Shown here piece after piece: positions 1 to 12,200 of a stretch of DNA of 15,735 nt. Under the pieces are notes generated by a model. The model was not told where the DNA came from, made no database searches, and worked only from the letters and a program-made list of their open reading frames with translations. The DNA is from an uncultured bacterium (GTDB lineage Bacteria > UBP14 > UBA6098 > B30-G16), in NCBI GenBank assembly GCA_965552135.1, contig CBEVQY010000042.1:1-15735 (forward strand), in the 5' to 3' direction. Position numbers and translations under genes: made by a program. Numbering within the stretch: position 1 is the stretch's first letter; every line of letters starts with the position of its first letter.

Positions 1-82
1 CAATTGATATATAAATATCCAGAAGACCGTGGTGAAAAACAAGCAAAATCGAACATCGGGAAAGTCCTTTAAATAAAATGAC

Positions 83-110
83 TTGACTGTTAACGAGAAT
101 TGTCTAATTT
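83..110 (+). promoter_or_regulatory. Candidate sigma70-type promoter: -35 TTGACT (83-88), 16-nt spacer, -10 TAATTT (105-110)
   Basis: The -35 is a 5/6 match. The -10 keeps the three most conserved positions. An AT-rich tract lies upstream (68-79). Alternatives are TAAAAT at 74-79 as a -10, or TTTAAATA at 68-75 as a TATA-like box. Confidence 0.4.
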
Positions 111-136
111 TTAACTTAAGAAGATAAGTTGGAGGT
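107..136 (+). promoter_or_regulatory. Inverted repeat AACTTA-N6-TAAGTT, extendable into a hairpin that pairs a U-run with the Shine-Dalgarno
   Basis: 113-118 is the exact reverse complement of 125-130. In RNA, U108-U112 can pair with G131-G135 (GGAGG; four G.U pairs and one A-U) and A107 with U136. Confidence 0.35.
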
Positions 137-137
137 G
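131..137 (+). promoter_or_regulatory. Shine-Dalgarno sequence GGAGGTG
   Basis: Strong consensus match, ending 8 nt before the ATG at 146. Confidence 0.9.
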
Positions 138-145
138 CTATTGCA

Positions 146-220
146 ATGAAGTGCAAGAGGTTATTGTTTTTAGTTGCGTTGTCGTTTTTTCTTGGAGTTC
201 TCGTCGTCTTTTGGGGTTGT
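146..220 (+). other. Lipoprotein-type (Sec/SPII) signal peptide, predicted lipidated Cys25
   Basis: Basic n-region MKCKR, long hydrophobic h-region LLFLVALSFFLGVLVV, then F-W-G-C (Cys codon 218-220). A flexible linker QEGGGPTAP follows. The lipobox is non-canonical at -3/-2 but has G at -1 and C at +1. Confidence 0.75.
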
Positions 221-3200
221 CAGGAGGGTGGTGGTCCTACGGCGCCGTTTTTCAAGGTTTGGACTATCGAGACGATTTACTCGGCAACCGGGCTTTCCGA
301 GGCCGGGGATCCGCTTACCGTTTTTGCCGGTCAAGCCAATACCGTTTGCGCGAGAATCTTCAGAATAGACGAAAAGGGCGACACCGTTTGGATTCCCACC
401 GACGAAACCGTCTACTTCACCGTCGACGCGCAGGTGAGTCAGGGCGGAGCTGTGCAGGATCAGATCTTAGCCGATGAGACCGGCGTAAACCCCTCCGAGC
501 CCGGCCTAGCGTGTTTCTCGTTCGTGCTGCCCGAAAGCACAGTGGCGCTGTCCGTCACTGTGAAGGTCATAGGGTATGCGGAGTACACCAAGTCGCAGGA
601 CTTTGTCGTCTACTCGGCGGTCGACCAGGGGCAGCTCTCCCTTTACGGCGAGGCGAATGAGGTTGTGGTGGGATCAGGGCAGGTGAAGTTCTGGGCTGTG
701 GCAAAGACCTCCTTCGGCTCCCCGGTGCAGAACGAGCTTGTGTGCTTTTACTCCGCCGACCGCACTATGGGGGTATTTTCCGACTCGTGTCTTTTCACGA
801 ACTCCGCCGGCGCCTGCACGACGTACTTCGTCATCGGCACGAAGGCTGGGATCGACACGATTTGCGCCTCCGACACGAGGGGTAACACCGTCTGCGGCGT
901 GATCATAGTCGACCCCGAGGTCGCCAACACCTGCAGCCTCGCCGCCGACAGATACCACATCTACCGCTGCGGCTTCGGCGCTTACGACCAAACCGACATC
1001 TACGCATACATCTGGGACAGGTACTGGAACCCCGTAAAGAGCGGGACGAAGGTCGTCTTCCGCATCGAAAGCTTCACATACGAAGACTCCTGCGGAAACC
1101 CGGTTGAGGATAACTGTTATCCCTGTCCTGGTCTTGAGCCAGAGCATCCCGTTTTGGGGCGCTGGGTTTCGGACACCGTTTTGGTTCAGCGCGGCTTTGC
1201 CGCCGACGGCACGACGGAGGTCGCCTTCGCGACGGTGAAGCTGAAGGCGGGCAGGGTTCCTGGTGTGGTAAGCGTTAGCGTCGAGGTCTGCGACGGCTCC
1301 GGCACAACTGCAGAAATCCCGCAGATCAACATATCCTCCGGGCAGCCGCACTACATCTCGCTTTCGGCGAGGGTTCCGGGAAGCTCAACGTGGGAGGCGG
1401 GCGACCCAAGCCTGGGGTACTACTCAGCCCCGATAGACTACGCCATGTGGGGCGCGTGCACGCAGGACAGCATGCCCCTTGAGGTTATGGCTGTTGTTTC
1501 GGATGAGTTCCACAATCCCATACCCAACGTCTCCGTTTGGTTCACCACCACCTCGGGCGTCGTCGGTGGATGGCCCGGCGCGCCGTCTGTGGCCGTCACG
1601 ACCGACTCGATGGGGATATGCCAGACATACTGGTTCTCCTCCGACAGGAGAGAGCTCGACTCGTGCGTTGTGATGCTCAAAGCTTACTGCGACGAGGTCG
1701 ACGTGGGCGACAGCCTGTTCTTCTATCTGCGCTACCCCACAGGGGACCTCTGCTGCGACCCCTGCGAGAACATCCACTTCGAATACGCCACCGTCACGCC
1801 GGAGACGATTGACGGGAGCGGACTCGACTCGGCGACGATTGAGGTGAAGCTGAACTACAACAACATTCCGCTCCCGAACTACGAGGTCTTCTTCCGGGCG
1901 GGTTACGGTGGTCTTTCGGCGCACGTTGACACCACCGACCAAAGCGGCGTTGCCTCGGTCAAGTACGCCGCCGTCAACCCCTCCGAAAACGTCATCTCGG
2001 ACGTCGTCCGGATCATAAGCGGCGACTACTGCGAAACGACGAGCGTAGTAGTCTACATCCGCCCTGTGTCGGTCGCCCTGAACGTAAGCCTCATAGCCGA
2101 CGAGTACAACCCGTCGATAGGTGGCGAGCTGGTCAACCTCTACGGCTACGTCCTCGACCAGTACGGTGATCCGGTGCACATCCCGCTTCCGCTGGAGTGG
2201 TTCTCGACGGCGGACACTTTCCCGTCTATGGGTGCTCTTGTGAGCGCTTCAAGCTTCACCGACACTTTGGGCACCTTCGGCGCCACGTTCCAGACGGGTA
2301 CGGAGGCGGGGGTCGTTACCATAACGGTGGTCGTTGCCTCCACGGGCACGGCGTCGGTTGTGCTCAACGTCCTCGGCGGCGTGGTGACGCTTGTCGCCGA
2401 TGACTACGACCCCTCGGTCGGTGGTGAGATCGTCCACCTAAGCGGCGCAGTGAGGAACGTTCTCGGCGAGCCGATAACGACCCCGATGCCCATAAGCTGG
2501 CAGCTCCTCCTGCCCGATGGTTCCATCGCCCCGGCGACTATGGGGATGCTCGACAGCCTCTCGTACTACTCCGACACCCTGGGTAACTTTGGCGGGGTTT
2601 ACGTAACGGGCACCGAGGTCGGCACCGTCCTCGTTGTTGCGGACGTCGCCGGCGTAGGGTCGGACACGGTGCGGATAACGGTCCACAGCGGACCGCCTGC
2701 GGCGATAGACCTTTCGGTCTCGCCTGCGGTCGATACCGTCGGCGGGCTTGTGCCCGACACCGTCTACGGCTGCATAACCGATAGCTTCGGCAATCCCGTG
2801 GAGTACAGCGGCGTTGTGGAGCTGTGGCTCGCCTACGATCCCGCGGGCGACTCGGTTTGTTACCCTTGCCCGTTCGGGTCGGTGGAGCCTTCGTCGGTTG
2901 TGCCTGACAGCCTCGGATGCTTCACTGCGCTCTTCACCCCGGGCACGATGTCGGGCGTTGTGTGGATACACGCTCAGGCGGACAGCGCCCACGGCGCAGC
3001 GTCGATCATCATCTACCCCCAGCTTGCCCGAAGCTGCAGCATAGCCGTCTCGCGCCAGCACATAAGGACCTGCGGAAACGCGCCGTATCAAACGCTTGTA
3101 ACAGCCTTCATCTTCGACCAGTTCGGCAATCCGGTAAGCGACATGACGCCCGTTATGTTCGCTATCGACACGTTCACCTACATGGACGCCTGCACCGTTT

Positions 3201-6200
3201 GGGATGACAGTTGTCTTGCGCCGTGTCCGCGGCTTGTGCCCAGCCACCCGACGATGGGCTACCTTTTCTCCGACACCGTCTACACCGTCGACGGCGCCAC
3301 GCAGGTGACCCTCAAGGCGGGAACGCTCCCCGGCGTTGTCCGCGTTGCGGCGTACGTCCTCGACGGCTCGGGCGAAATGGCGACAAGCGAGATGATAAAC
3401 ATATCCTCGGGGCAGGTGCAGCTTCTTTCGCTTTCGGCGCGCAGGCGGTCGAACATAGACGACGAGACGGGCAACCCGTGCCTATCGGTGCCGCCCTACA
3501 CGTGCGAGTACTGCAGCTGGGACTACAACTGGTGGTCGGGGGATCCCTCGATGAACGGCTATGCGCCGCAGCTCAACCTCCCCAACGCGTGGAACATGGA
3601 CGGCGATACATGCAACGGTCTTTGGATACAGCTTCGGGTGTCGGCGACCGACAGCTTCGGCAACCCCATCCCAAACGCAACGATCCACTTCTCCTGCGAT
3701 GAGGGCAGGGTTGGCGGATATCCGAGCGGGCTTGCCGACTCGATCGCCCTCACCGACTCCTTCGGGCTTGCGTACTCGTACTGGTACGCCGCCGACCCGA
3801 GGATAGACGGTCAGGTTTGGATCAGGGCTCTCTGCGCCGATGCGGGCGTGGGCGACAGCCTCTACTTCTACATGCTCGACACCCTCGGGATACCCCCGTT
3901 CGACACGGTCGTGCACAACCTCATCTACGTCGTCCCCGACACCGTCTTCGGCGACGGACTCTCGACCGCCGACATAATGGTTCGGATCACGCGCAACGGC
4001 AACCCCGTGCCGAACTACCCCGTCTACTTCTTCGCCGACTCGGGATCGATCGTCTCGCCCGTCTTCACCGACTCGATAGGATACGCCAGAACGACATACT
4101 ACTCCGGCACCAACCACCACATGACGCCGCCTGTGATAACCACCGACAGGATCACCGTCGTAGCCGGCGTCGACACGAGCTACTTCAACATCTACCTGCT
4201 CCCCGTCGACCCGATCCTGCCCTACGTTGCCTACGTTCTCCTTGATCTTGAGCCCGACGAGGTGACGGTTGGCGACACGGCGGTTCTTGTGGGTCTTGTG
4301 CTCGACGGCTACGGCTTCCCCGTGAGGCTTCCTGTGCCTGTGAACTTCGCCCTCCATCAGAACGGGCTTCCGGCGCCGCTTGGGATGGGGATGATATCGC
4401 CGGCATACACCTACACGAGCACCAACCCCGAAAGCCTTGGATATTTCAGGGCGGTTTTCCGCAGCGGAACGCAGGCCGGTGAGCTTTGGATAGTCGTTCA
4501 GGTCGAGGACGTTTTGGACTCGATCCTCGTCAGCATAAACGGCGGTGCGCCGCAGAGCATAACCGTCGTGCCCGAGGACTCGCTTTTGGAGGCTGACGGC
4601 CGAAGCAGCATGACAGTGACCGCCTACGTCACCGACGCCTACGGGAACCCCGTTGAGGGGGAGGTTGTGAACTTTTCGACGACGTTGGGTCAGGTTGCGC
4701 CTTCAAGCGCCGTCACCGACGAAAGCGGCGCGGCAACCACGATCCTCACAAGTGGGCTTGAGACGGGCATAGCCACGATAACGGCCACCTGCGGCGACCA
4801 GAGCGGCACGGCGACGGTGGAGTTCGTCGCGGCAACGGTGCACTTCATCATTCTCCACGTCGATCCCAACAGGCTCGTTGCCGACGGCACGAGCGTGGCG
4901 ACCGTCACCGCGGACGTGAGGGACCAGTATGGCCAGCCGATAGCCGACGGGACGATAGTCTCCTTTCGCTGCCTCGACAGCCTCGGCAACCCCGTCGGCT
5001 CCATCGACACGATATCGACCACAACAGGCGGCGTTGCCACAGCCAACCTGACGGCTCCTACCGTGGCGTGCGACGCTTGGGTCTTCGCGACCGCTATGGG
5101 TCACACCGACAGCGCCCAGGTGAGCTTCACGCCGGGGGAGGTGTTCTACCTCACCGTGGACGCCTATCCCGACTCGATCCCCGCCGACGGTATGTCACAA
5201 AGCACAGTCGTTGCCCGCGCGTTCGACCAGTTCGGAAACCCCGTTGGGCTGGGACAAAGAATCGACTTCTCCACAGACCTCGGGAACCTTGTCTACGACT
5301 ACAGCTTCACCAACGACACGGGCGTTGCCGAGGTTCCGCTGGTAAGCGCGCGTGAGACTGGCGTTGCGCACATAACCGCGTCGTCGGCGTCGGCGGAGGC
5401 GAACACCGAGGTGGTCTTCACCCCCGTCACCGCGGCGATGGTCATAGTCACTGCGGACACGATATCGCTTCCCGCCGACGGCGTTTCGAGCACGACGATC
5501 CGCGCCACGGCGCTCGACTCCACCGGCGCCGCGGTGCCCGACGGAACACCGATATTCTTTGAAACCGACCTTGGGCTTGTGATCCCCGGCGTTGCCTACA
5601 CCGACAGCGGCGAGGCATCGGTGGCGCTCCGCGCACCAACAACGCCCGGGCTCGCAACTGTTATAGCCGACGCGGGCGGAGGAGTTGAGGGCACCACGTA
5701 TGTCCAGTTCGTAGCAGACGTGCCGGCGCAGATAATAATCTCTGCCTCTCCGTCGGTTCTGCCGGCGGACGGCGAAACCACCGCAGCGATAACGGGAACG
5801 GTCTACGACGCCAACGGCAACCACGTTGGCGCGGGCATAAGCGTGTCCCTCGCCACGAACCTGGGCTTTGTGGATACCGTTGCGTTCACCGACAGCACAG
5901 GCTCGTTTAGCGCGACGTTCCAGGCGGGGATAACGCCTGGGACAGCCGTCATCGTCGCCACGTGTGGCGACGCCGTGGGGCAAACCATGATCTCGCTTGT
6001 GCCGACCGACGTCGGGGTTGTGTACATCCTCGTCGATCCCAACGAGCTTGTCGCCGACTCGCGCAGCGAAGCCACGGTCACGGGAAGGGTCACCAACACC
6101 ATCGGCAACCCGATAGCCGACGGCACGCCGGTGCGCCTTGAGGTCCACTGCTCCGACACCCTGGGATGTGAGGGCTACGGCGAGGTTATGCCCGTTACCG

Positions 6201-9200
6201 CGCACACCGACAGCGGAAACTTCTCGGCGACATTCGTGGCCGGAACCAAGATCGGCAGGGTCTGGATAGTGGCGTCGGTGGACACCATCTCCGACTCGGT
6301 CTTCGTTGACCTCGTCCCCGGCGAGGCAGACTCCATAGCCCTTTCGGCGAGCCCCACAAGCATTCCCGCCGACAGCTTCAGCACATCGACCATAACGGCT
6401 ACGCTTTACGACAGGTTCGGCAACAGGCTTGGCAGCGGCGCGACAGTGAACTTCTCGACGACGCTTGGCGAGATATCGCCCACAAGCACAACGACCAACT
6501 CCTCCGGCGAGGCGACCGCGACGCTTCGGAGCGGCAGGGTTCCCGGTGTGGCGCTTGTTCGGGCGTCGTCGGGGTCGGCGGTCAACGAAACGGAGGTCGT
6601 CTTCACCCAAACCGGCGGCGCCATCGTCGTTGTGACGGCATCGCCGGGGCAGATAGTCGCCGACGGAATGTCCACAACGATGATCCAGGCGCAGGTTAGC
6701 GACTCCCTCGGCAACCCCATCTCCGACGGAACGCCGGTGATGTTCGTTCAGGTAGTCGACACCGCCGCGGGCGAGGACACGCTTGGGCTTTTGGTGCCGT
6801 CGGTCGGGTTCACCTCAGGCGGAGTTGCTGCGGTTCAGTTCCGCTCGCGGACGAAGACCGGGCGGGCTACGGTTCGGGCGTGCGTCGACTCGGTGCACTG
6901 CGGCGAAACGTTCGTCGACCTTGTGGCGGGTCCCGCCGACTCGATATACCTCGTTGCAGCCGACACAGCCCTCCCCGCCGACGGAACGAGCATAACCGAC
7001 ATCACAGCCTCCGTCTTCGACCGCTTCGGCAACGCCGTCGAAAACGGCAGAATGGTCTCGTTCACCACAACGCTTGGGCAGCTTTACCCATCGTCGGCTC
7101 CGACCAACTCCTCCGGTCAGGCGACGGTTATGCTCACCTCCGCCACGACGCCTGGCGTTGCCCGCATAACCGCTCAGTGCGAGGACGCCTACGCCTCGGT
7201 CGACGTCAACTTCGGCATGACGCCGCCTGTGTACCTGTCGGTCACCGCAAACCCGAGGTACCTCGTCGCCGACGGGATCTCCACAAGCACGGTAACGGCT
7301 CATCTCATAAACTCCGTGGGCGGACCCGTTCTGGACGGGACGATGGTCGTGTTCCACTCGGTGGACGCAAGCGGCGCCCCCTTCGGCGACATCGACACCG
7401 TCGCCACCACCACAAACGGCGAAGCCTCGGTCGAGCTTGTGGCGCCAACCAGAACAGGCGTGGCATATGTATCGGCAACATACTACGGCGAAAGCGACAC
7501 GCTCTCGGACACGGTGACCGTCACCTTCACCGCGGGTGATCCGGCCGAGGTGCAGGTTTGGGTATCGCCGGGAACGCTTTATGCGAACGACACGCTGAGC
7601 GCCAGGGTGACGATAGTCGTCACCGACGTGTTCGGCAACCTCGTCGACCCCGGCTACACCGTGTCGATATCCACCGACAACGGCGAGGTCTTCCCCACCA
7701 CCGGATACACCGGCGACACGATAGTCTGCACCTACTATCCCGGTGAGCTTGTTGGGCGCGCAGTTATAACGGCAAGCTGCGGCGGTCTAAACGGGGTTGC
7801 CGTTGTGGAGCTTGTTTCGCAGGCTGTTGCGAACCTGGCGGTTTACGCCGACTCCGCCTACCTTACCGCCAACGGGCTTTCTACAACGCCCGTGCACATC
7901 GTTGCCCAGGACTCGATGGGTCATCCCGTGCCTGACAACACGCCCGTCTACGTTACGACGAGCGCTGGCGCAGTCTTCCCCGGCGTGACGTACACGAGCG
8001 GCGGCGAGGCTACGGTAACGCTCCGAAGCGGCACGCACGCGGGTGACACCGCGGTCGTTCTGGTCGTCGCCGGCGCCGTCTCGGGAACGCTGCGCGTGCC
8101 GTTCGTTGCCGGACCTCCCGCCATAGTGACCGTCGTACCGCAGAGAACAAACATCTCCGCCGACGGCGAAGACACAACGCTTGTGAGAGCATACATAACC
8201 GACCTGCAGGGGAACTGGGTGAGCGAGGGTTTGCTCGTTTCCTTTGCGACGACGCTTGGCGAGATCGACAGCCTCGACGTTACCCACAGCATCGGCGGAG
8301 ACACCACGGGGTACGCCGAGGCGATGTTCCACGCTGGGATAGAGCCCGGGGTTGCGCTTGTGACGGTGACCTGCGGCGACGCCGTGGGCACGGGCAGGAT
8401 AACCCTAAGCCCGACGAACGTGGGCGAGGTTGCAATCTTCGCCGACCCCGACATAATCGTTGCCGACGGACACCAGACGTCGAACATCCACGGCTACGTC
8501 CGCAACGTTTTGGGCAACCCGATAGCCGAGGGGACGGAGGTTCGGCTGGGCGTTACGCCCGACTCGCTGGGGAACATATCCCCCGCAACGGTCTACACCG
8601 ACAGCGGCAACTTCTCTGCGACCTTCACCGCGGCGACCTACGTCGGCACCGTTTGGGTTTGGATGGAGGTTGGCTCGGTGCGCGACTCGGTGGCGATAGA
8701 GCTTGTCCCCGGCGCGCCGCACACCATCGTCATGACGCCCACATTCGGAACCATCCCCGCCGACTCGTCAACGGTCGACACGATAGGCGTCGTCGTCTAC
8801 GACAGATACGGCAACAGGGTGCGCGGGGGCATCACCGTCGAGTTCACGACGAGCCTTGGCGAGCTCTTCCCAACGAGCAACGAAACGAACGCCTCGGGCA
8901 GCACCTACGTCTTCCTGCGCTCGGGGCATGAGACCGGGGTGGCACGCGTTGTGGGCAGAGCCGACTCGGCGCGCGGCGAATGCTCCATCGTGATCACAGA
9001 AACGCAGCCAACCACCGTCTACCTCACCGTAGACCCGCAAACGCTTATGGCGGACGGATACTCGACAGCATCGCTTACGGCAACCGTCCTCGACACTTCC
9101 GGCAACCTCATCTCCGACGGAACGCCCGTTATCTTCACCCTCGTCGACGAGAGCTTCGGCGTTACGGTTCCGGGGATATCGTACACGCACTCCGGCGTTG

Positions 9201-12200
9201 CGACGAGCACCTTCCGGGCATCGGTTCGGAAGGGGAGGGCGGCGATAGTTGCGATGACGGACACCGCCCACACCGACACAGTCTACCTCACCCTCACCGC
9301 CGGTCCGCCCGCGACCATAAACCTCACGGCAAACCCCGACACGCTTTCCGCCAACGGCATGGACAGGAGCGACATCACCGCCGTCGTCTACGACGAGTGG
9401 GGCAACCCCGTGGATGCGGGTCAAACCGTAAACTTCAACTCGACGCTTGGGACGATACTCTACAGCACACTGCTCACCGACGACAGCGGCACGGCTCGAA
9501 CGGTCCTTCAGGCGGGGAGCGTTCCGGGCGAGTGCCAGGTTTCGGCGCAGTGCGGCGGCGTCTACGACGTGACCTCGGTGTACTTCCGCCCGAGCCAGAT
9601 AAGCACAATAGTCCTTTCGGCGGATCCCGCTGAGCTTGTTGCCGATGGCGTCTCAAGCTCGGCGATAATCGCTCAGGCTTTCGACGCAAGCGGCTCGCCC
9701 GTGACGGACAACACGAGGATCTACTTCTGGGTTCGCCCCGCAAGCTCGGGTACCGTCATTTCGCCGCGCTTCACAAGCGGCGGGCAGGCTGCAACGTCGT
9801 TTGTGGTGGGCACATCGGTGGACAGCGGCTACGTTTGGGTCTTCGCAGGCGATACGCTCCCGCCGGCGACAACGGTGATGGATTCGGTGAGGATACTTCT
9901 GCGCCCCGGCGAGCCCGCCTATGTGGTCGTTTGGATGGATTCCGCCCACGCGCCGGCAGGCACCCTCTACGCCGACGGTAACGACGGCGCCTGGATATAC
10001 GCGCGCGTTTACGACGCCTACGGCAACCACGTCCTCGGCGGCAACACCGTGAGCTTCTCGACGACGATGGGAAGGTTCTCTCCGACAAGCTCGATGACGG
10101 ATACATCTGGTCTTGCGCGTGCCTTCCTGCAGGCTGGTCTTGAGACGGGCACGGCGACGGTGACGGTGACCTGCGGAAGCGCCATGGGATTTTTGGGCGT
10201 CGAGATGATCGAGACACGGATAGAGGGGATTCTGCTCACCACCGACAAGCCCGTTTTGCGCGCCGACGGCGTCGATATGGCGACGGTTACGGCAACGGTC
10301 TACGCCCCCGGCGGAACGCCCGTCTCCGATGGGGCGATAGTGCACTTCTTCGCCGAAAGCGCGTGGGTTCACCTTCTGCCCGAGGAGACCTACACCGACA
10401 GCGGCGAGGCGCAGTCGACCGTCAGGGCAGACACCATAGCGCGAAGCGCGGTGCGGGTTTTCGCCTACGCGACGCTTGGCGGCGACACGTCGGATACGGC
10501 GGCTTTGACCTTCAGGCTCGACCCGGGCGATCCGGCACGCATGGTGATAAGCCCCTCGCCCTCCGACAGCGCGCGAATACCCGCCGACGGCGCATCGAGC
10601 GTTACAATAGACGTGTGGGTGTACGACCAGTACTCCAACCCGATCCGCGCAGGGTCAACGGTGCGGTTCTCCACAACGCTGGGAACGATAACGGACGTAA
10701 GCTTCACCGACATGTCCGGACACGCATCGGCGCTGCTTACGGCGGGAACCGAAACGGGCAACGCGGTCGTCACAATCACATGCGGCGACATCACAGGGTT
10801 CACGCAGGTGACCTTCTACGAGCTTCTGACAGCGGAGCTAATAATGACGATAAGCCCGATCCAGCTTATAGCCGACGGCGTTTCGAGCGCAACGATAACG
10901 GTGAACGCGTACGACTCTGCGGGCTTCCCCGTCTCCGATGGAAGCCGAATAGTCCTGACGCAGCACGACACCACAGGCGGCTTCGTGCAGGGGGTCATAA
11001 CGCCGCACATCGCCTACACCACAGACGGCGTTATCACATCCACGCTCACTGCGCCCGTCAAGGTGGGCAAGGGCAGGATTTACGCCTACGCCGACACAGT
11101 TGGCTCGGCGATAGTCGACTCGTTCGACGTCCAGTACGTCGCAGGTCCGCCCGCGGTGATACGCTTCGACACCACGGGCTTCGGGAGCTTTATGGCGGAC
11201 GGGAGGTTTTACCCCGTTCCCGTCGTCGTCAAAGACGCCTACGGCAACCCCGTTGAAGTTGGCACGGAGGTTACGTTCAGCACAACGCTTGGCGAGATAC
11301 AGTCGCCCGCGGTGGTCGCGAACGACACAGGCGGCGCGGTCACATACATAATGAGCCACGAGACCGGTCCTGCAGTGATAACCGCCCGCTCGGGCGATGC
11401 CATCGCAACCGCGCACTGCAGCTTCAGCGAAATCGAGGGCAACTGGATAAGCGTCATAGCCAACCCGTACATCATCACCGCCGACGGTGTGTCGCAGTCG
11501 GTCATAACGGCAACGCTTATGGACACATCGACGGGGATGTTCATACCGGTCTCCGACGGAGTGCCCGTGCAGTTTAGGGTGAGCGGTCCTGGGATTTTGG
11601 CGTCATCCATTGCGTTTACCGAAAACGGTCAGGCTTCGGTGACCTTCACAGCCGGCACGAGGTCCGACACGACGACGATATACGCGATAGGTCCCGTCAT
11701 CCCGCCCGGCGATACGCTCAAGGATTCGGTCAAGGTTTACCTTGCGCCTGGTCCGCCTGCGGTCGTTGAGTTTATAAGCTCGTACTTGCACGATCTTCCC
11801 GCCAACGGCACCGACACGATGCAGGTTTGGGTTCGGGTTCTGGACGCCTTCGGCAACGGGGTGCAGCGCGGAACGCCCGTTTCCTTCAGCACGAACCTTG
11901 GCTCCATAACGCCCAACAGCGCCGTCGACGACAGCGGCTACGCCTGGGCGATACTTACGGCAAGCAGCACGCCGGGCGTTGCAACGCTTTCGGCAACCTG
12001 CCAGGGCGCAACAGGATACGCCACCATAGCGATGCAACAACTTGTGGCCGACTCGATAATACTTGCGGTCTATCCGCGTGAGATAGTGGCCGACGGTGCC
12101 TCCACAAGCGACCTTACCGCGGTGGTCTTCGACTCGACGGGGCTGCCCGTCTCCGACGGAACTATAGTTCGCTTCTCGGCCTCGAGGGGGCTCACGAACC

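Noticed and set aside
1..145. tRNA, other structured ncRNA, terminator or end of an upstream gene
   Set aside because: The region is short and AT-rich, with no cloverleaf, no GC-rich stem followed by a U-tract, and no convincing ORF.
146..1000. Calling the gene invasin/intimin (inv/eae)
   Set aside because: No N-terminal beta-barrel or LysM region is evident. Only the stalk-type repeats are similar, so no gene symbol is given.
1115..3514. CxxC motifs as c-type heme sites or thioredoxin active sites
   Set aside because: None is followed by His (no CxxCH), and all sit in loops or linkers of beta-rich Ig-like domains rather than a thioredoxin fold.
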